Source of the DNA: Syntrophales bacterium
GTDB taxonomy: Bacteria; Desulfobacterota; Syntrophia; Syntrophales; UBA5619
NCBI GenBank assembly: GCA_030654195.1
Contig: JAURXV010000156.1
Coordinates: 207 to 64,206 of the forward strand
Direction of reading: 5' to 3'
Length of the DNA stretch: 64,000 nucleotides
Shown here: positions 27,819 to 37,454 of the stretch, piece after piece
Numbering within the stretch: position 1 is the first letter of the stretch
Layout: each line of letters starts with the position of its first letter
Notes under the pieces: generated by a model
Seen by the model: only the letters and a program-made list of their open reading frames with translations
Told to the model about the DNA's origin: nothing
Databases searched by the model: none
Translations under genes and position numbers: made by a program

Positions 27819-28673
27819 ATGAATTTCGGCGGCATCGCACCTGCGTTCACCATTTATAAGAAGGCGGCATTCGTCGTCATTCCCGTTCCATATGACCTGA
27901 CCTCGACATACCAGTCCGGGTCGCGGCGCGGACCGGGGGCGATCCTTGATGCCTCCGGCAACATGGAGCTCTACGACGAGGAGCTCCGGAAAGAGACCTA
28001 TCGGTCCGGTATCCACACCCTGCCGCCCCTTGAGGCGGATGCCCGCGGACCGGCCGAGATGGTGGACTCCGTCCGCCGGACCATTTCCCGGGTAGCTGCC
28101 GACGGGAAGATCCCTGTCATGCTCGGCGGGGAACACAGCATCTCCTTCGGCGCCGTCCAGGCGATGAAAGAAATTTATCCCGAGATTACCGTCCTTCAGT
28201 TGGACGCCCATGCCGATCTCCGGGATGCCTATCAGGGGACGCCTTACAGCCATGCCTCCGTGGCCCGGCGCATCACCGGAATCTGCCCCCTCATCCAGGC
28301 GGGCATAAGGAGTTTGAGTGTCGAGGAGGCCGAATTCATGGAGGAGGGTCGCGTCCGCAGCCATGCGGCGGATTTCATCCTCGACGGCGGGGCATGGTGG
28401 GAGACGATCTGCGGCGACCTGCACGGGGATCTCTACCTCACGGTCGACCTCGACGTTCTCGATCCGGCCGTGATGCCCTCGACGGGAACGCCGGAACCGG
28501 GAGGCCTTGCCTGGCGCGATCTCCTGCGTCTCGTTCGGGAGGCGGCGAAGCGCTGCCGGATCCGGGGTTTCGACGTCGTGGAGCTTGCCCCCATCCCGGG
28601 GGTGGTCGCGCCCGATTTTTTGGCAGCCAAACTGGTCTATCGGATCATGGGCTACCTCACTGAAAAGAATTAA
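27819..28673 (+). CDS. speB: Agmatinase (ureohydrolase family)
   Basis: Mn-binding motifs GGEHSIS, QLDAHADLRD and TVDLDVLDPA. Confidence 0.9.
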   Translation: MNFGGIAPAFTIYKKAAFVVIPVPYDLTSTYQSGSRRGPGAILDASGNMELYDEELRKETYRSGIHTLPPLEADARGPAEMVDSVRRTISRVAADGKIPVMLGGEHSISFGAVQAMKEIYPEITVLQLDAHADLRDAYQGTPYSHASVARRITGICPLIQAGIRSLSVEEAEFMEEGRVRSHAADFILDGGAWWETICGDLHGDLYLTVDLDVLDPAVMPSTGTPEPGGLAWRDLLRLVREAAKRCRIRGFDVVELAPIPGVVAPDFLAAKLVYRIMGYLTEKN

Positions 28674-28706
28674 TATATGGAGGTAATCGCAAAAGTACCA
28701 ATAAAT

Positions 28707-28814
28707 CCCCTCCCCCCGGGCGGGGGTGGGTTAGGGGGGGGGGGGGAGGTTGCCATGCAATCAGCATGTTGCAGCTTCACCCACCCCCTAACCCCCTCCC
28801 GTCAAGGGAGGGGG
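28707..28814. repeat. G/C-run-rich interspersed element, copy 2 (contains a G13 homopolymer at 28734-28746)
   Basis: The reverse complement aligns with 24145-24250 at both ends. The central roughly 30 nt diverges. Confidence 0.85.
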
Positions 28815-28862
28815 AACATGTTTTGAAGAGTTTTGCAATTACCTCATAAGGAGAAAAAACCA

Positions 28863-29411
28863 TTGAGTGTTTATGTTCCCAGGCAGATTTTTTTCACAAA
28901 AGGGGTGGGGATCCACAAGGAGGAACTTCATTCCTTCGAGCTGGCTCTCCGTGAAGCCGGCATCGAGAAATGCAATCTTGTGCAGGTGTCCAGCATCCTG
29001 CCGCCCGGCTGTCAGGTGATCTCGCGTGCCCGGGGTCTGAAGGAGCTCAAGGCGGGCGCCATCACCTATTGCGTTCTGAGCCGTTGCTTCAGCAATGAAC
29101 CGAGGCGGCTGCTGGCGGCATCCGTCGGCTGCGCCATCCCAGCCGACAAGCGCACATACGGTTACATCAGCGAGCATCACGCCTTCGGCCAGACCCAGCG
29201 CCAGGCGGGGGACTATGCGGAAGACCTTGCCGCGGCCATGCTCGCATCCACGCTCGGCATCGACTTCGATATCGATGAGAGCTGGGACGAAAAAAAGGAG
29301 ATCTTCAAGATCAGCGGAAAGATCGTGAGCACCCGGAACATCACCCAGTCCAGCATCGTTCAATCGCACGGGTTCACCACGGTCATCGCCGTCGCCGTCT
29401 TCGCCTTCTGA
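28863..29411 (+). CDS. pdaD: Pyruvoyl-dependent arginine decarboxylase
   Basis: IFFTKGVGIHKE...NLVQVSSILPPGC (Ser-Ser self-cleavage site). TTG 28863 lies 9 nt after AAGGAG. The start is tentative. Confidence 0.82.
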   Translation: MSVYVPRQIFFTKGVGIHKEELHSFELALREAGIEKCNLVQVSSILPPGCQVISRARGLKELKAGAITYCVLSRCFSNEPRRLLAASVGCAIPADKRTYGYISEHHAFGQTQRQAGDYAEDLAAAMLASTLGIDFDIDESWDEKKEIFKISGKIVSTRNITQSSIVQSHGFTTVIAVAVFAF

Positions 29412-29525
29412 TCGCCGCTGATCCGCGGTAAGGGTCTGTTACAGACCCTAACATCGGAGGCCCCCGGGGGTCGTATTGCGGGCGGCTTCGCCCGGCAGAA
29501 AACCTTTTGCAAGGGGAAAGAAAAG

Positions 29526-31733
29526 ATGGTTCCGAACGCGCTGCAGGCGGTATCGGCATACGTCATTCCTCCGATTCTGGGGTTTATCGTCCTGCTTGGC
29601 CTCGCCCTGGTTTCGCTCCTGCGGGGCGGAAGGAAGCGGACGAACATCCTGTTTGCCGGCATCTGTCTCCTTGGCGCGCTATTCAATGCCGATATGGCCC
29701 TCGTTTCCGTTGTGCCCGATGAGCGGCTGGCCCTTCGCGTTGACCGGACGGTCCATTTTTTCTTCGTCTTCAGCATTCCCATCTATATCCTGTTCGTACA
29801 TGCATTTTTGGGCATCCGCGGACGACGATGGCTGGAGGTTCCCGCCTGGCTGTTCAGCATCGCTTTTCTGACCATCGTGCCCACCGATTTCTACTTGAAT
29901 GGATTCCATCACTATTCCTTCGGTCGGATCGCCCGCGCCGGCGTGCTGTTTCACCTCTTTTCGGCGACGGTCGCCTTTACGGTCATCTACTGTCTCGCGG
30001 TTCTCTATCGCGCGATGAAGGACTCCGCGGACAATCATCAGAGAAACCGGATCAAGTACATCTTCGGGGGGCTGGGGTTTTCCGCCCTTCTGCTCGCCTT
30101 CACGATCCTTCCGGTCAGCGGCGTTCCCGTCTACCCGCTGGGGAATTTCAGCTTCATCCCGGCCATTTTTCTCGCCTTCGGCGTCCTCAAATATGATCTT
30201 CTGGACATCGGCGCCCTGATCCGCCGGGGGACGGTCTACTTCCTCCTCACCGGCATTCTCACCGCGCTCTATATCCTGATCATCTTTCTCTTCCACACCT
30301 TCTTTCTTGGCACCGGCAGCGGCGATTCGTTTGTGCTTTCCCTGGTCCTCGCGCTCATCATCGTCCTCTTGTTCTCCCCCCTTCGGGAGCGGGTGCAGAG
30401 CCTCATCGACCACCTTTTTTTCCGGGGGCGCTACGATTACCGGGAGCTGCTCCGGGAGATCAGCGGGAAGATGGCCTCCATCCTCAGCATTTCGCAGATC
30501 CGGGGACTCCTTCTGAACGTGATTCACGATGCCCTTCAGGTGGAAAGGGCATCTCTCGTTCTGGCCGAAGGGGGTGTATTCCGTCTTTATAACGGGGAGA
30601 AACCGGATGGGGAAGGGGAGCCCCCTCCCAAAGGCGTTATTCCACTGATCCGCTTTCTAACGTGGGAAAAAGGACCCCTGAACCGGGTGGATGTGGAGAA
30701 GCTCAGGACGGATGCGGAGACCCGGGAAGCGTTCGCCGGTCTTTTCAACCTGCTTGGCGCGGTGCTGGTCATTCCCATTCCCTCGCGGGAGGGTCTGGCC
30801 GGGCTGATCTGCCTCGGTCAGAAGAAATCCGGAGAGCTCTTTGTTGATGAGGATCTGGAGCTCCTGACGACGATGGCGAATCAGGCGGCAACGGCGATCG
30901 AGAATGCGCGGAGTTACGAAGCGCTGGCGGCGCTGAACCGCGATCTCGAAAGGAAGGTTGAAAAACGGACGGCGGCCCTGCGGGAGGCGCTGGCGGAGAA
31001 GGAGAGGACGCAGCAGCAGTTGATCCGGTCGGAGAGTCTGGCCGCGATCGGCCAGCTTGTGGCCGGGACCGCCCATGAGTTGAACAACCCGATCGCCGGG
31101 GCGATGAGTCTCGTCGAGACCAGCGTCGAAACGATCGCGGGATGGGAAATGCAGGCGGATAAAAGGGACGAGATCCTCGAGGACCTCCGTTTTTCGATCG
31201 GCGAACTCCGGCGATCGGCGGCAATCATCCGGAGCCTCCTCGACCTGTCGCGCCAGACGCAGACCTATGTGGAGGCGGTGGACATGAACCGCGCCGTCGA
31301 TGATGCGCTCCGGGTGCTTCATAACCAGTACAAGAACCTGCCGGTGGAGATCGTGAAGGCATATGACGACGCACTCCCGGCCGTCGAGGGGAACTTTGCC
31401 AACCTGGGGCAGGTCCTGATCAACATCATCCGCAACGCCCTCCAGGCGCTTCCGGAGGGAAAAGGGCGGATCACCCTGACGACGCGCCGGCCATCGGCCG
31501 ACATTGTCGCTGTCGAGTGCCGCGATACGGGAATCGGGATTCCCGCCGCTTATCTGAAGGACATCTTCAAACCCTTTTTTACAACAAAAGCGGTCGGCCG
31601 GGGCACGGGCCTCGGCCTCTACCTGTCCCATGAGATCATCCGGCGACACGGCGGCCAGATCCGTGTCGCGAGCGAAGAGGGGAAAGGGACGGTCGTGACC
31701 GTCGAGCTCCCCTGCAGAAGGAGGGAAGCATGA
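29526..31733 (+). CDS. Sensor histidine kinase with N-terminal 7-TM module and GAF-like domain
   Basis: About 7 TM helices (residues about 10-290), a GAF-like segment, H-box AGTAHELNNPI, N box NIIRNALQA, and G boxes DTGIGIP and GTGLGL. Confidence 0.85.
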   Translation: MVPNALQAVSAYVIPPILGFIVLLGLALVSLLRGGRKRTNILFAGICLLGALFNADMALVSVVPDERLALRVDRTVHFFFVFSIPIYILFVHAFLGIRGRRWLEVPAWLFSIAFLTIVPTDFYLNGFHHYSFGRIARAGVLFHLFSATVAFTVIYCLAVLYRAMKDSADNHQRNRIKYIFGGLGFSALLLAFTILPVSGVPVYPLGNFSFIPAIFLAFGVLKYDLLDIGALIRRGTVYFLLTGILTALYILIIFLFHTFFLGTGSGDSFVLSLVLALIIVLLFSPLRERVQSLIDHLFFRGRYDYRELLREISGKMASILSISQIRGLLLNVIHDALQVERASLVLAEGGVFRLYNGEKPDGEGEPPPKGVIPLIRFLTWEKGPLNRVDVEKLRTDAETREAFAGLFNLLGAVLVIPIPSREGLAGLICLGQKKSGELFVDEDLELLTTMANQAATAIENARSYEALAALNRDLERKVEKRTAALREALAEKERTQQQLIRSESLAAIGQLVAGTAHELNNPIAGAMSLVETSVETIAGWEMQADKRDEILEDLRFSIGELRRSAAIIRSLLDLSRQTQTYVEAVDMNRAVDDALRVLHNQYKNLPVEIVKAYDDALPAVEGNFANLGQVLINIIRNALQALPEGKGRITLTTRRPSADIVAVECRDTGIGIPAAYLKDIFKPFFTTKAVGRGTGLGLYLSHEIIRRHGGQIRVASEEGKGTVVTVELPCRRREA

Positions 31734-32725
31734 ACGGTCTGATGGTGGTCGACGACGAAGAGGGGGTGCGCCGCTCCCTGAAGAAGGTTTTGGAGAGGGA
31801 CGGTTACCGGATCGTCCTTGCCGAAAACGGGGAGGAGGCGCTCTCCATCATCCGCAGCGACGGCCGGGATATCGAGACGGTCATCTCCGATTACCGGATG
31901 CCGGGGATGGACGGTCTGGAAACCTTGATCGAGATCGGCCGGTTGAACGCGGAGATCACCCGGATCATGCTGACCGGTTATGCGACGATGGCAAGCGCCA
32001 TCGAGGCGGTCAACGAGGGGATCGACGGTTTCCTGACGAAGCCGTTCGAGAATGATGAGCTGCGGGCGAAGGTCCGGGAGTACAACATCAAGAAAAGGCT
32101 CAAGCAGTTCGTTTCGGAACAGGTTCTCACCGAGCTTCAGAGGAGCGGTACGGCCCTGCTGCCGAAGCGCCTGACCGTGAGCGTCCTGTTCACCGACATC
32201 CGGGGGTTCACGAGCCTGTCCGAAAGGCTCAACCCCTCCGAACTCTCTGATCTCCTCAATCTCCACTACTTCTCGCCTCTCGACAACATCATTTTCCGCC
32301 ACAACGGGACGCTGGACAAGCATATCGGGGACAGCATCATGGGGATCTTCGGGGCGCCTGTCGGCGGTGGGGATGACGCCGACCGGGCGGTGCAGGCCGC
32401 GCTGGCCATCCGTGAGGAGATCGCCGGAATCAATGAAAAGATCCCGGACGCGGAACGGAGAATCGCCATCGGGATCGGAATCGCGACCGGTGATGTGATG
32501 GCCGGGATTTTTGGTTCACCGCGGAAAAAGGAATACACCGTCCTCGGCGCAACCGTCAACCTTGCCTCGCGACTGGAGAATCTCGCGCGGGCCAATCAAA
32601 TCCTCATATGCGGCGAAACGGCGCGTATCGTGGACAATCTCGTGAATCTGGAAAAAGTGCCCTCTCCCGTCATCCGCGGTCTTGCCAAACCTCCGGAGGT
32701 TTACAGCGTCCTCGGTAGGAAATGA
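31730..32725 (+). CDS. Response regulator receiver fused to a class III adenylate/guanylate cyclase domain
   Basis: REC (VISDYRMPGMDG, phospho-Asp context). Cyclase motifs VLFTDIRGFTSL and GDSIMGIFGAP. ATGA overlap with the kinase gene. Confidence 0.85.
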   Translation: MNGLMVVDDEEGVRRSLKKVLERDGYRIVLAENGEEALSIIRSDGRDIETVISDYRMPGMDGLETLIEIGRLNAEITRIMLTGYATMASAIEAVNEGIDGFLTKPFENDELRAKVREYNIKKRLKQFVSEQVLTELQRSGTALLPKRLTVSVLFTDIRGFTSLSERLNPSELSDLLNLHYFSPLDNIIFRHNGTLDKHIGDSIMGIFGAPVGGGDDADRAVQAALAIREEIAGINEKIPDAERRIAIGIGIATGDVMAGIFGSPRKKEYTVLGATVNLASRLENLARANQILICGETARIVDNLVNLEKVPSPVIRGLAKPPEVYSVLGRK

Positions 32726-32733
32726 GAAAGACC

Positions 32734-32762
32734 TTGACAATTCACCCAGCCTGGTTTATGAA
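32734..32762 (+). promoter_or_regulatory. Candidate promoter of tRNA-fMet (TTGACA-17-TATGAA)
   Basis: Hexamers at 32734-32739 and 32757-32762, about 30 nt before the tRNA 5' end. Same architecture as the tRNA-Asn promoter. Confidence 0.55.
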
Positions 32763-32793
32763 TCGCTGTCCAAAGGGAAAACGTGAACGGTGA

Positions 32794-32870
<77 letters not shown>

Positions 32871-32881
32871 TAGAATTACAA

Positions 32882-32908
32882 GGGGTTAGATGAGAATCTA
32901 ACCCCTTT
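32882..32908 (+). terminator. Intrinsic terminator after tRNA-fMet
   Basis: GGGGTTAGAT-GAGA-ATCTAACCCC followed by TTTGGTTTG. Confidence 0.6.
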
Positions 32909-32965
32909 GGTTTGCCTGCTTCGCTGCGGGATATTATTTTGCCAGACACGAAGGGAAGTGCCGCC

Positions 32966-34393
32966 ATGAAAACAGAGTTCAGGAAAAAAACGAAGATCGT
33001 CGCCACAATCTCCGACAGGCGTTGCGACTTGCCGTTCCTCACGGCGCTCTACCACGCCGGGATGGATGTAGTAAGAATCAACACCGCCCATCAGGATATC
33101 GAAGGGTCTCTGGAGGTGATCCGGAACGTCCGGCAAGTGTCCGAACATCTTGCCCTGATGATCGACACCAAGGGGCCGGAGGTCCGGACCTCTCCCGTTG
33201 CGGCAGCCATCATCCTGGCGAAGGGGGATCTCGTCACGTTCCGGGGCGATCCGGAGAAGGAATCGACCCGGGAAGGCGTCTACGTCAGCTACCGGGGATT
33301 TGTCGACGAGGTGCCGGTGCACAGCCATCTGCTGATCGACGACGGGTATCTGGATCTCCAGGTCCGGGAGAAGAAGGGGGATGCGTTGATCTGCGAGGCG
33401 CAAAACGACGGTCGGATCGAGGGGCGCAAGAGCGTCAACGTCCCGAAAGTGAATTTCAACCTCCCCTCCCTCAACGAGAAGGACAGGCGGTACGTCCGGT
33501 TCGCCATCGAGCAGGAGGTCGATTTCATCGCCCATTCCTTCGTGCGCAACAAGGAGGACGTCCTGGCCATCCAGGCCCTGCTGGACGAGCGCAAAAGCCC
33601 GATCCGGATTATCGCCAAGATCGAAAACCAGGAAGGGGTCGACCACATCGAGGAGATTCTCGATCACGTCTACGGCGTGATGGTCGCCCGCGGGGATCTG
33701 GCCATCGAGATCCCCTACGAGCGGATACCCGGTATCCAGAAGATGCTGATCAACAAATGCATCTCCCGCCGCAAGCCGGTCATCATCGCGACCCAGATGC
33801 TCCATTCGATGATCCGCAACCCCCGTCCCACCAGGGCCGAGGTCAGCGACATCGCCAACGCCATCTACGGCAAAACCGACGCGATCATGCTCAGCGGCGA
33901 GACCGCCAGTGGTCAGTATCCTCTGGAGGCGGTGCAGACCATGGCCCGGGTCGCCGCGGAGGTCGAGAAGTCGCGGAGCGACATCCACGACGCGCCGACG
34001 GTCGTCCTGACCAACGAACGGTCGGCCTTCCTGACCAAGACCGCGGTGGAGGCTGCCCTCAAACTGAACGCCCGGGCGATCATCGCCGACACCTCGTCGG
34101 GGAACTCCATCCGCAACATGGCCGGCTTCCGCGGTCGCAAGCCGATCTTTGCCCACTGCTACGACCGGCAGGTGGTCAGGCAGCTTGCCCTGTCGTTTGG
34201 CGTCTTTGCCGAATATATCGACAAGACGAAGGACAGCCGGGACTTCGTTCACCGGGCGCTGATGAGCCACCTGAACAGCGGCGCCCTCCGGGAAGAGGAC
34301 ATCGTCGTCGTGATTGCCGGGAATTTTGGCGATTCTTTCGGGACCTCATTCATCGAGATCAGTCCCGTGAAGCTGCTCCTGACGGAGAAATAG
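32966..34393 (+). CDS. pyk: Pyruvate kinase
   Basis: KIVATISDR..., RINTAHQD, MIDTKGPEVRT, IAKIENQEG and MVARGDLAIEIP motifs. Confidence 0.93.
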   Translation: MKTEFRKKTKIVATISDRRCDLPFLTALYHAGMDVVRINTAHQDIEGSLEVIRNVRQVSEHLALMIDTKGPEVRTSPVAAAIILAKGDLVTFRGDPEKESTREGVYVSYRGFVDEVPVHSHLLIDDGYLDLQVREKKGDALICEAQNDGRIEGRKSVNVPKVNFNLPSLNEKDRRYVRFAIEQEVDFIAHSFVRNKEDVLAIQALLDERKSPIRIIAKIENQEGVDHIEEILDHVYGVMVARGDLAIEIPYERIPGIQKMLINKCISRRKPVIIATQMLHSMIRNPRPTRAEVSDIANAIYGKTDAIMLSGETASGQYPLEAVQTMARVAAEVEKSRSDIHDAPTVVLTNERSAFLTKTAVEAALKLNARAIIADTSSGNSIRNMAGFRGRKPIFAHCYDRQVVRQLALSFGVFAEYIDKTKDSRDFVHRALMSHLNSGALREEDIVVVIAGNFGDSFGTSFIEISPVKLLLTEK

Positions 34394-34485
34394 CCGGGCT
34401 GAATCCGTCGGGTTGGTGCTTGATCTTGACGACGTCGGTCTTGACTTTGCATGTCAATCAGTTTCTGGATTTATTGAGACAGGTT

Positions 34486-34508
34486 ATCCGGAATCTCCGG
34501 ATCCTTTT
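34486..34508 (+). terminator. Candidate terminator after pyk
   Basis: ATCCGGA-ATC-TCCGGAT then CCTTTTAT. The stem is short (7 bp). Confidence 0.35.
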
Positions 34509-34530
34509 ATGGCGCGATTTGCAAATCGGA

Positions 34531-35781
34531 TCAGATCATCTCCAGGACGGCGGCCATCGATACGCCGCCGCCGCCGCAGAGCGTCGCCATCCCGAGTGTC
34601 TTTCCCCGCCTTTTCATCGCATGGAGCAACGTTACCATGATCCGGCAGCCGGTCGAGCCCACCGGGTGGCCGAGACCGACGCCGGAACCGTTGACGTTCA
34701 CGACCTCGCGGTTCAGGCCCAGTTCCCGTTCGCAGCCCAGATACTGGGCGGCAAAGGCCTCGTTCACCTCGATCAGCTCAAAATCGGCCAGATTCAGCCC
34801 CGATCGGCCGAGGAGATTCCGGACCGCCGGGATGGGGCTCAGCCCCATGACGGAGGGGTGGCAGCCGCCCCGGCCCACCGCCTTGATCCGGGCGAGGGGC
34901 TTCAGGCCAAGCCCGGCTGCCTTTTCGGCGGACATGATGACCATCGCGCTCGCCCCGTCGTTCACGCCCGACGAGTTGCCCGCCGTAACCTTGCCGCTCA
35001 TGGGAACGAAGGCGGCGGGCAGCGCCGCGAGATCGGCCATTGTCAGGCCGGGGCGGAAGTGCTCGTCCCTTTCAAAGATCACGGGTGGCTTGCCCTTCTT
35101 CTGGGGGATCTCCACAGGGACGATCTCATCCCGGAAATCCCCGTCTTTTGTCGCCCGTTCGGCGTTGTTGTGGCTCCGCAGGGCAACCTCGTCGATCTCC
35201 TCCCGGCTCAGGCTGTGCATCTGCGCGATGAGTTCGGCCGTCACCCCCATGATGTAGGGTTTCCCCCGGAAGAGCTCGATCACACCGCCCTCCTTCACCG
35301 GACCCTGCTCGAGCCCGGGGAGGAGGTGCGACCCCGAATGGAGGCCATGGACGATGTTATCCACGAAGACCTGGTCCTGGAAACGGCAGCCCCAGCGGGC
35401 CCCGGGGACGGAATAGGCGATGCCCGACATCTGCTCCATCCCGCCGGCAAGGATGATATCCGCCATGCCGGCCTGGATCATCGCCATGCCGGAGACGACC
35501 GCCTCCATCCCGGAGATGCAGACCCGGTTCACGGTGACGGCGGTGACGGTTTCCGGGATTCCCGCCATCAGCGCGGAGACCCTGGTGACGTTCAGTGCGT
35601 CGACCGGCTCCATACAGCAGCCGAAACGGACGTCGTCGATGAGCCCGGCGTCAATCCCGGCCCTTTTCACGGCCTCCCTCATCACGACGCTGCCGAGGGC
35701 GGCGCAGTTGAGATCCCGCAGTGTCCCGCCGAAGGTTCCAATGGCGGTCCTGCACGCAGATACGACTACGACATCTTTCAT
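34531..35781 (-). CDS. Acetyl-CoA C-acetyltransferase (thiolase II-like)
   Basis: MKDVVVVSACRTAIGTFGG, nucleophile Cys VNRVCISGMEA, and C-terminal NVNGSGVGLGHPVGSTG and CGGGG. RBS AGGAGGG. Confidence 0.93.
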   Translation of the reverse strand: MKDVVVVSACRTAIGTFGGTLRDLNCAALGSVVMREAVKRAGIDAGLIDDVRFGCCMEPVDALNVTRVSALMAGIPETVTAVTVNRVCISGMEAVVSGMAMIQAGMADIILAGGMEQMSGIAYSVPGARWGCRFQDQVFVDNIVHGLHSGSHLLPGLEQGPVKEGGVIELFRGKPYIMGVTAELIAQMHSLSREEIDEVALRSHNNAERATKDGDFRDEIVPVEIPQKKGKPPVIFERDEHFRPGLTMADLAALPAAFVPMSGKVTAGNSSGVNDGASAMVIMSAEKAAGLGLKPLARIKAVGRGGCHPSVMGLSPIPAVRNLLGRSGLNLADFELIEVNEAFAAQYLGCERELGLNREVVNVNGSGVGLGHPVGSTGCRIMVTLLHAMKRRGKTLGMATLCGGGGVSMAAVLEMI

Positions 35782-35859
35782 GGTGATCCCTCCTGAAATG
35801 GAATGGCGGCTGAAGAAAAGAAAGAGCGAAACGGCTCGTTCGGATCGAGATTTGATATG

Positions 35860-35891
35860 AAAAAGGCTGCAAAACCGAATGTTTTGCAGCC
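35860..35891 (-). terminator. Intrinsic terminator after tRNA-Asn
   Basis: Minus strand reads GGCTGCAAAAC-ATTCG-GTTTTGCAGCC followed by TTTTTCAT. Confidence 0.65.
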
Positions 35892-35900
35892 CCTTGTCTC

Positions 35901-35976
35901 TGGCTCCCCAGCGCGGACTCGAACCACGGACCCGATGGTTAACAGCCATCTGCTCTACCGACTGAGCTACTGGGGA
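35901..35976 (-). tRNA. tRNA-Asn (anticodon GTT)
   Basis: Reverse complement is TCCCCAGTAGCTCAGTCGGTAGAGCAGATGGCTGTTAACCATCGGGTCCGTGGTTCGAGTCCGCGCTGGGGAGCCA. All four stems pair, and the anticodon loop is CTGTTAA. Confidence 0.9.
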
Positions 35977-35997
35977 AGATCGGTTTTTAGGACAAGC

Positions 35998-36026
35998 TTC
36001 ATAATATAAGAAAAGGCCGTTGTCAA
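35998..36026 (-). promoter_or_regulatory. Candidate promoter of tRNA-Asn (TTGACA-17-TATGAA)
   Basis: Minus-strand hexamers: TTGACA is the reverse complement of 36021-36026, TATGAA of 35998-36003. About 20 nt upstream of the tRNA 5' end. Confidence 0.55.
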
Positions 36027-36171
36027 CAGGAGTCTTGCAGAAAATCTTTCCATTCTTTTTTTCTGTGATTTGGGTTGACAGCAAAACGGCTGCTCGTGTT
36101 AGAATGCGCCCGGAAAATCGGGAAGGAAAGGCCATTCCCGGACATTTAAACGGAGGAGGTGAAGTGGCGCC

Positions 36172-37302
36172 ATGCAGCAGCAGATGAGAGATCCGACGGA
36201 AAAGGGAAACGGCCGGGGGGGACAGAAGGAGTTGGAGGAACAGGTCCTCCGGGCAGGTCTCTGCACGGGTTGTGGCGCCTGCGTCAATCTCTGCCCCTAT
36301 CAGGCGATCCATCACGACCGGACGGTGACTCTCCACGCGTGCGATCTTGCCCAGGGAAGATGTTATACCTGCTGTCCACGGACGCCGGCGGACCTGGACG
36401 ACCTGCGGCGGAAGCTCTATGAGGAGATGGACTGCACGCCGGAGTTGGGGGCGGTGAAGGGGTTTTTCGTCGCACGCGCGGCGGATGAGGGCGTCCGTCG
36501 GGGGGCGCAGCATGGCGGCACGGTCACGACGCTTGTGACGCTTGCCCTACGGGAGGGACTCATTGACGCGGCCGTCCTTGCGGGGGAAGGAGAGGGACTA
36601 CTCCCTCACAGCGTGACGATCACCGATGCGGAAGTCGCCGCAAAAATGGGCAAGAGCCGTTTCGTTGTCTCTCCCACCGTGGCCGAATTCAACCGGATCT
36701 GCCGGGGAGATGCCGCAAAGATCGGCGTCGTGGCCACGCCCTGCCAGGCGCTTGCCTTGGCCAAGATGCGCACACAGCCGGTGTCCGAAGTCGAAAACGG
36801 CATTGAAAAGCTCCACCTTGTCGTGGGGCTTTTCTGCGGCTGGGCCCTCTCCTGGCAAAAACTGGCCGCCCTGCTGAAGGCAAAAACCGAGCTTGACCAG
36901 GTGACCGGGATGGATATCCCGCCCAGCCGTTACCATACCCTCGAGGTTTACACTCGAGGGGAGACCATCCGGGTTTCTCTCGACGAGGTTAACCCTTGCG
37001 TGCGGGAGGCCTGTCATTCCTGCGACGACATGACGGCCGAATTCAGCGATCTCTCGGTGGGGTCGGCCCGGCTGCCGGAGGGGTGGGAGGCGTCCCGCTC
37101 CTGGAATCAGGTGATCGTCCGGACACAACGGGGAATGGATCTTCTGGAACTGGCGCGACACCGGGGCGTTCTCGAATTCCGCGAGCCGTCGAGGGGGAAT
37201 CTGGAAAAACTGAAGGCGGCCTCGCTGGGAAAGAAAAAGGCGGCGGCGGGCCGGTCGTACGCGCAGCGCGATTCCGTCGAACGGACAGGGCAGGCAGGTT
37301 AA
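36172..37302 (+). CDS. FrhB/FdhB-family (coenzyme F420 hydrogenase/dehydrogenase beta-like) iron-sulfur flavoprotein
   Basis: N-terminal ferredoxin-type clusters CTGCGACVNLCP and C..CYTCCP, followed by an FrhB_N/C-like region (GGTVTTL..., ATPCQALA...). The assignment is family-level only. Confidence 0.7.
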   Translation: MQQQMRDPTEKGNGRGGQKELEEQVLRAGLCTGCGACVNLCPYQAIHHDRTVTLHACDLAQGRCYTCCPRTPADLDDLRRKLYEEMDCTPELGAVKGFFVARAADEGVRRGAQHGGTVTTLVTLALREGLIDAAVLAGEGEGLLPHSVTITDAEVAAKMGKSRFVVSPTVAEFNRICRGDAAKIGVVATPCQALALAKMRTQPVSEVENGIEKLHLVVGLFCGWALSWQKLAALLKAKTELDQVTGMDIPPSRYHTLEVYTRGETIRVSLDEVNPCVREACHSCDDMTAEFSDLSVGSARLPEGWEASRSWNQVIVRTQRGMDLLELARHRGVLEFREPSRGNLEKLKAASLGKKKAAAGRSYAQRDSVERTGQAG

Positions 37303-37454
37303 GCCTCGGCCCGGATCGGCGGTGGAAATATCCCGCCTTCTCTTGCGGGCGCGGGAAACACCGGAATGGCGTTTCCCATCAGAAAGAGATCCAAACAAAG
37401 ATAAATGGAATTGTTAGCATTTATTGGATAGTACGGCAAACGTGGAGGAACCGG

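Noticed and set aside
29430-29485. Hairpins AGGGTCTG-TTA-CAGACCCT and CCCCCGGGGG after pdaD as a terminator
   Set aside because: The stems are short and no T tract follows them, which is not enough to call a terminator or a repeat family member.
32326-32346. GGGGACAGCATCATGGGGATC, resembling half of the 27-nt palindrome
   Set aside because: It encodes the conserved class III cyclase motif GDSIMGIFG and has no complementary right arm, so the resemblance is coincidental.
33022-35796. 924-aa ORF on the plus strand
   Set aside because: It runs out of frame through pyk and antisense through the thiolase gene. Its composition is dominated by R/G/P/D/H. Both overlapped genes have clear family motifs.
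35782-36513. Upstream extension of the thiolase ORF (660-aa version)
   Set aside because: The extension reads straight through tRNA-Asn (..QSVEQMAVNHRVRGSSPRWGA.. is the tRNA translated). The true start MKDVVVVSACR has its own AGGAGGG RBS.
36996-37454. N-terminal 153-aa extension of the iorA ORF (800-aa version)
   Set aside because: The extension overlaps the 3' end of the FrhB-like gene and is Gly/Arg-rich. A strong RBS (GGAGGAA) precedes ATG 37455, where IorA-like sequence begins.
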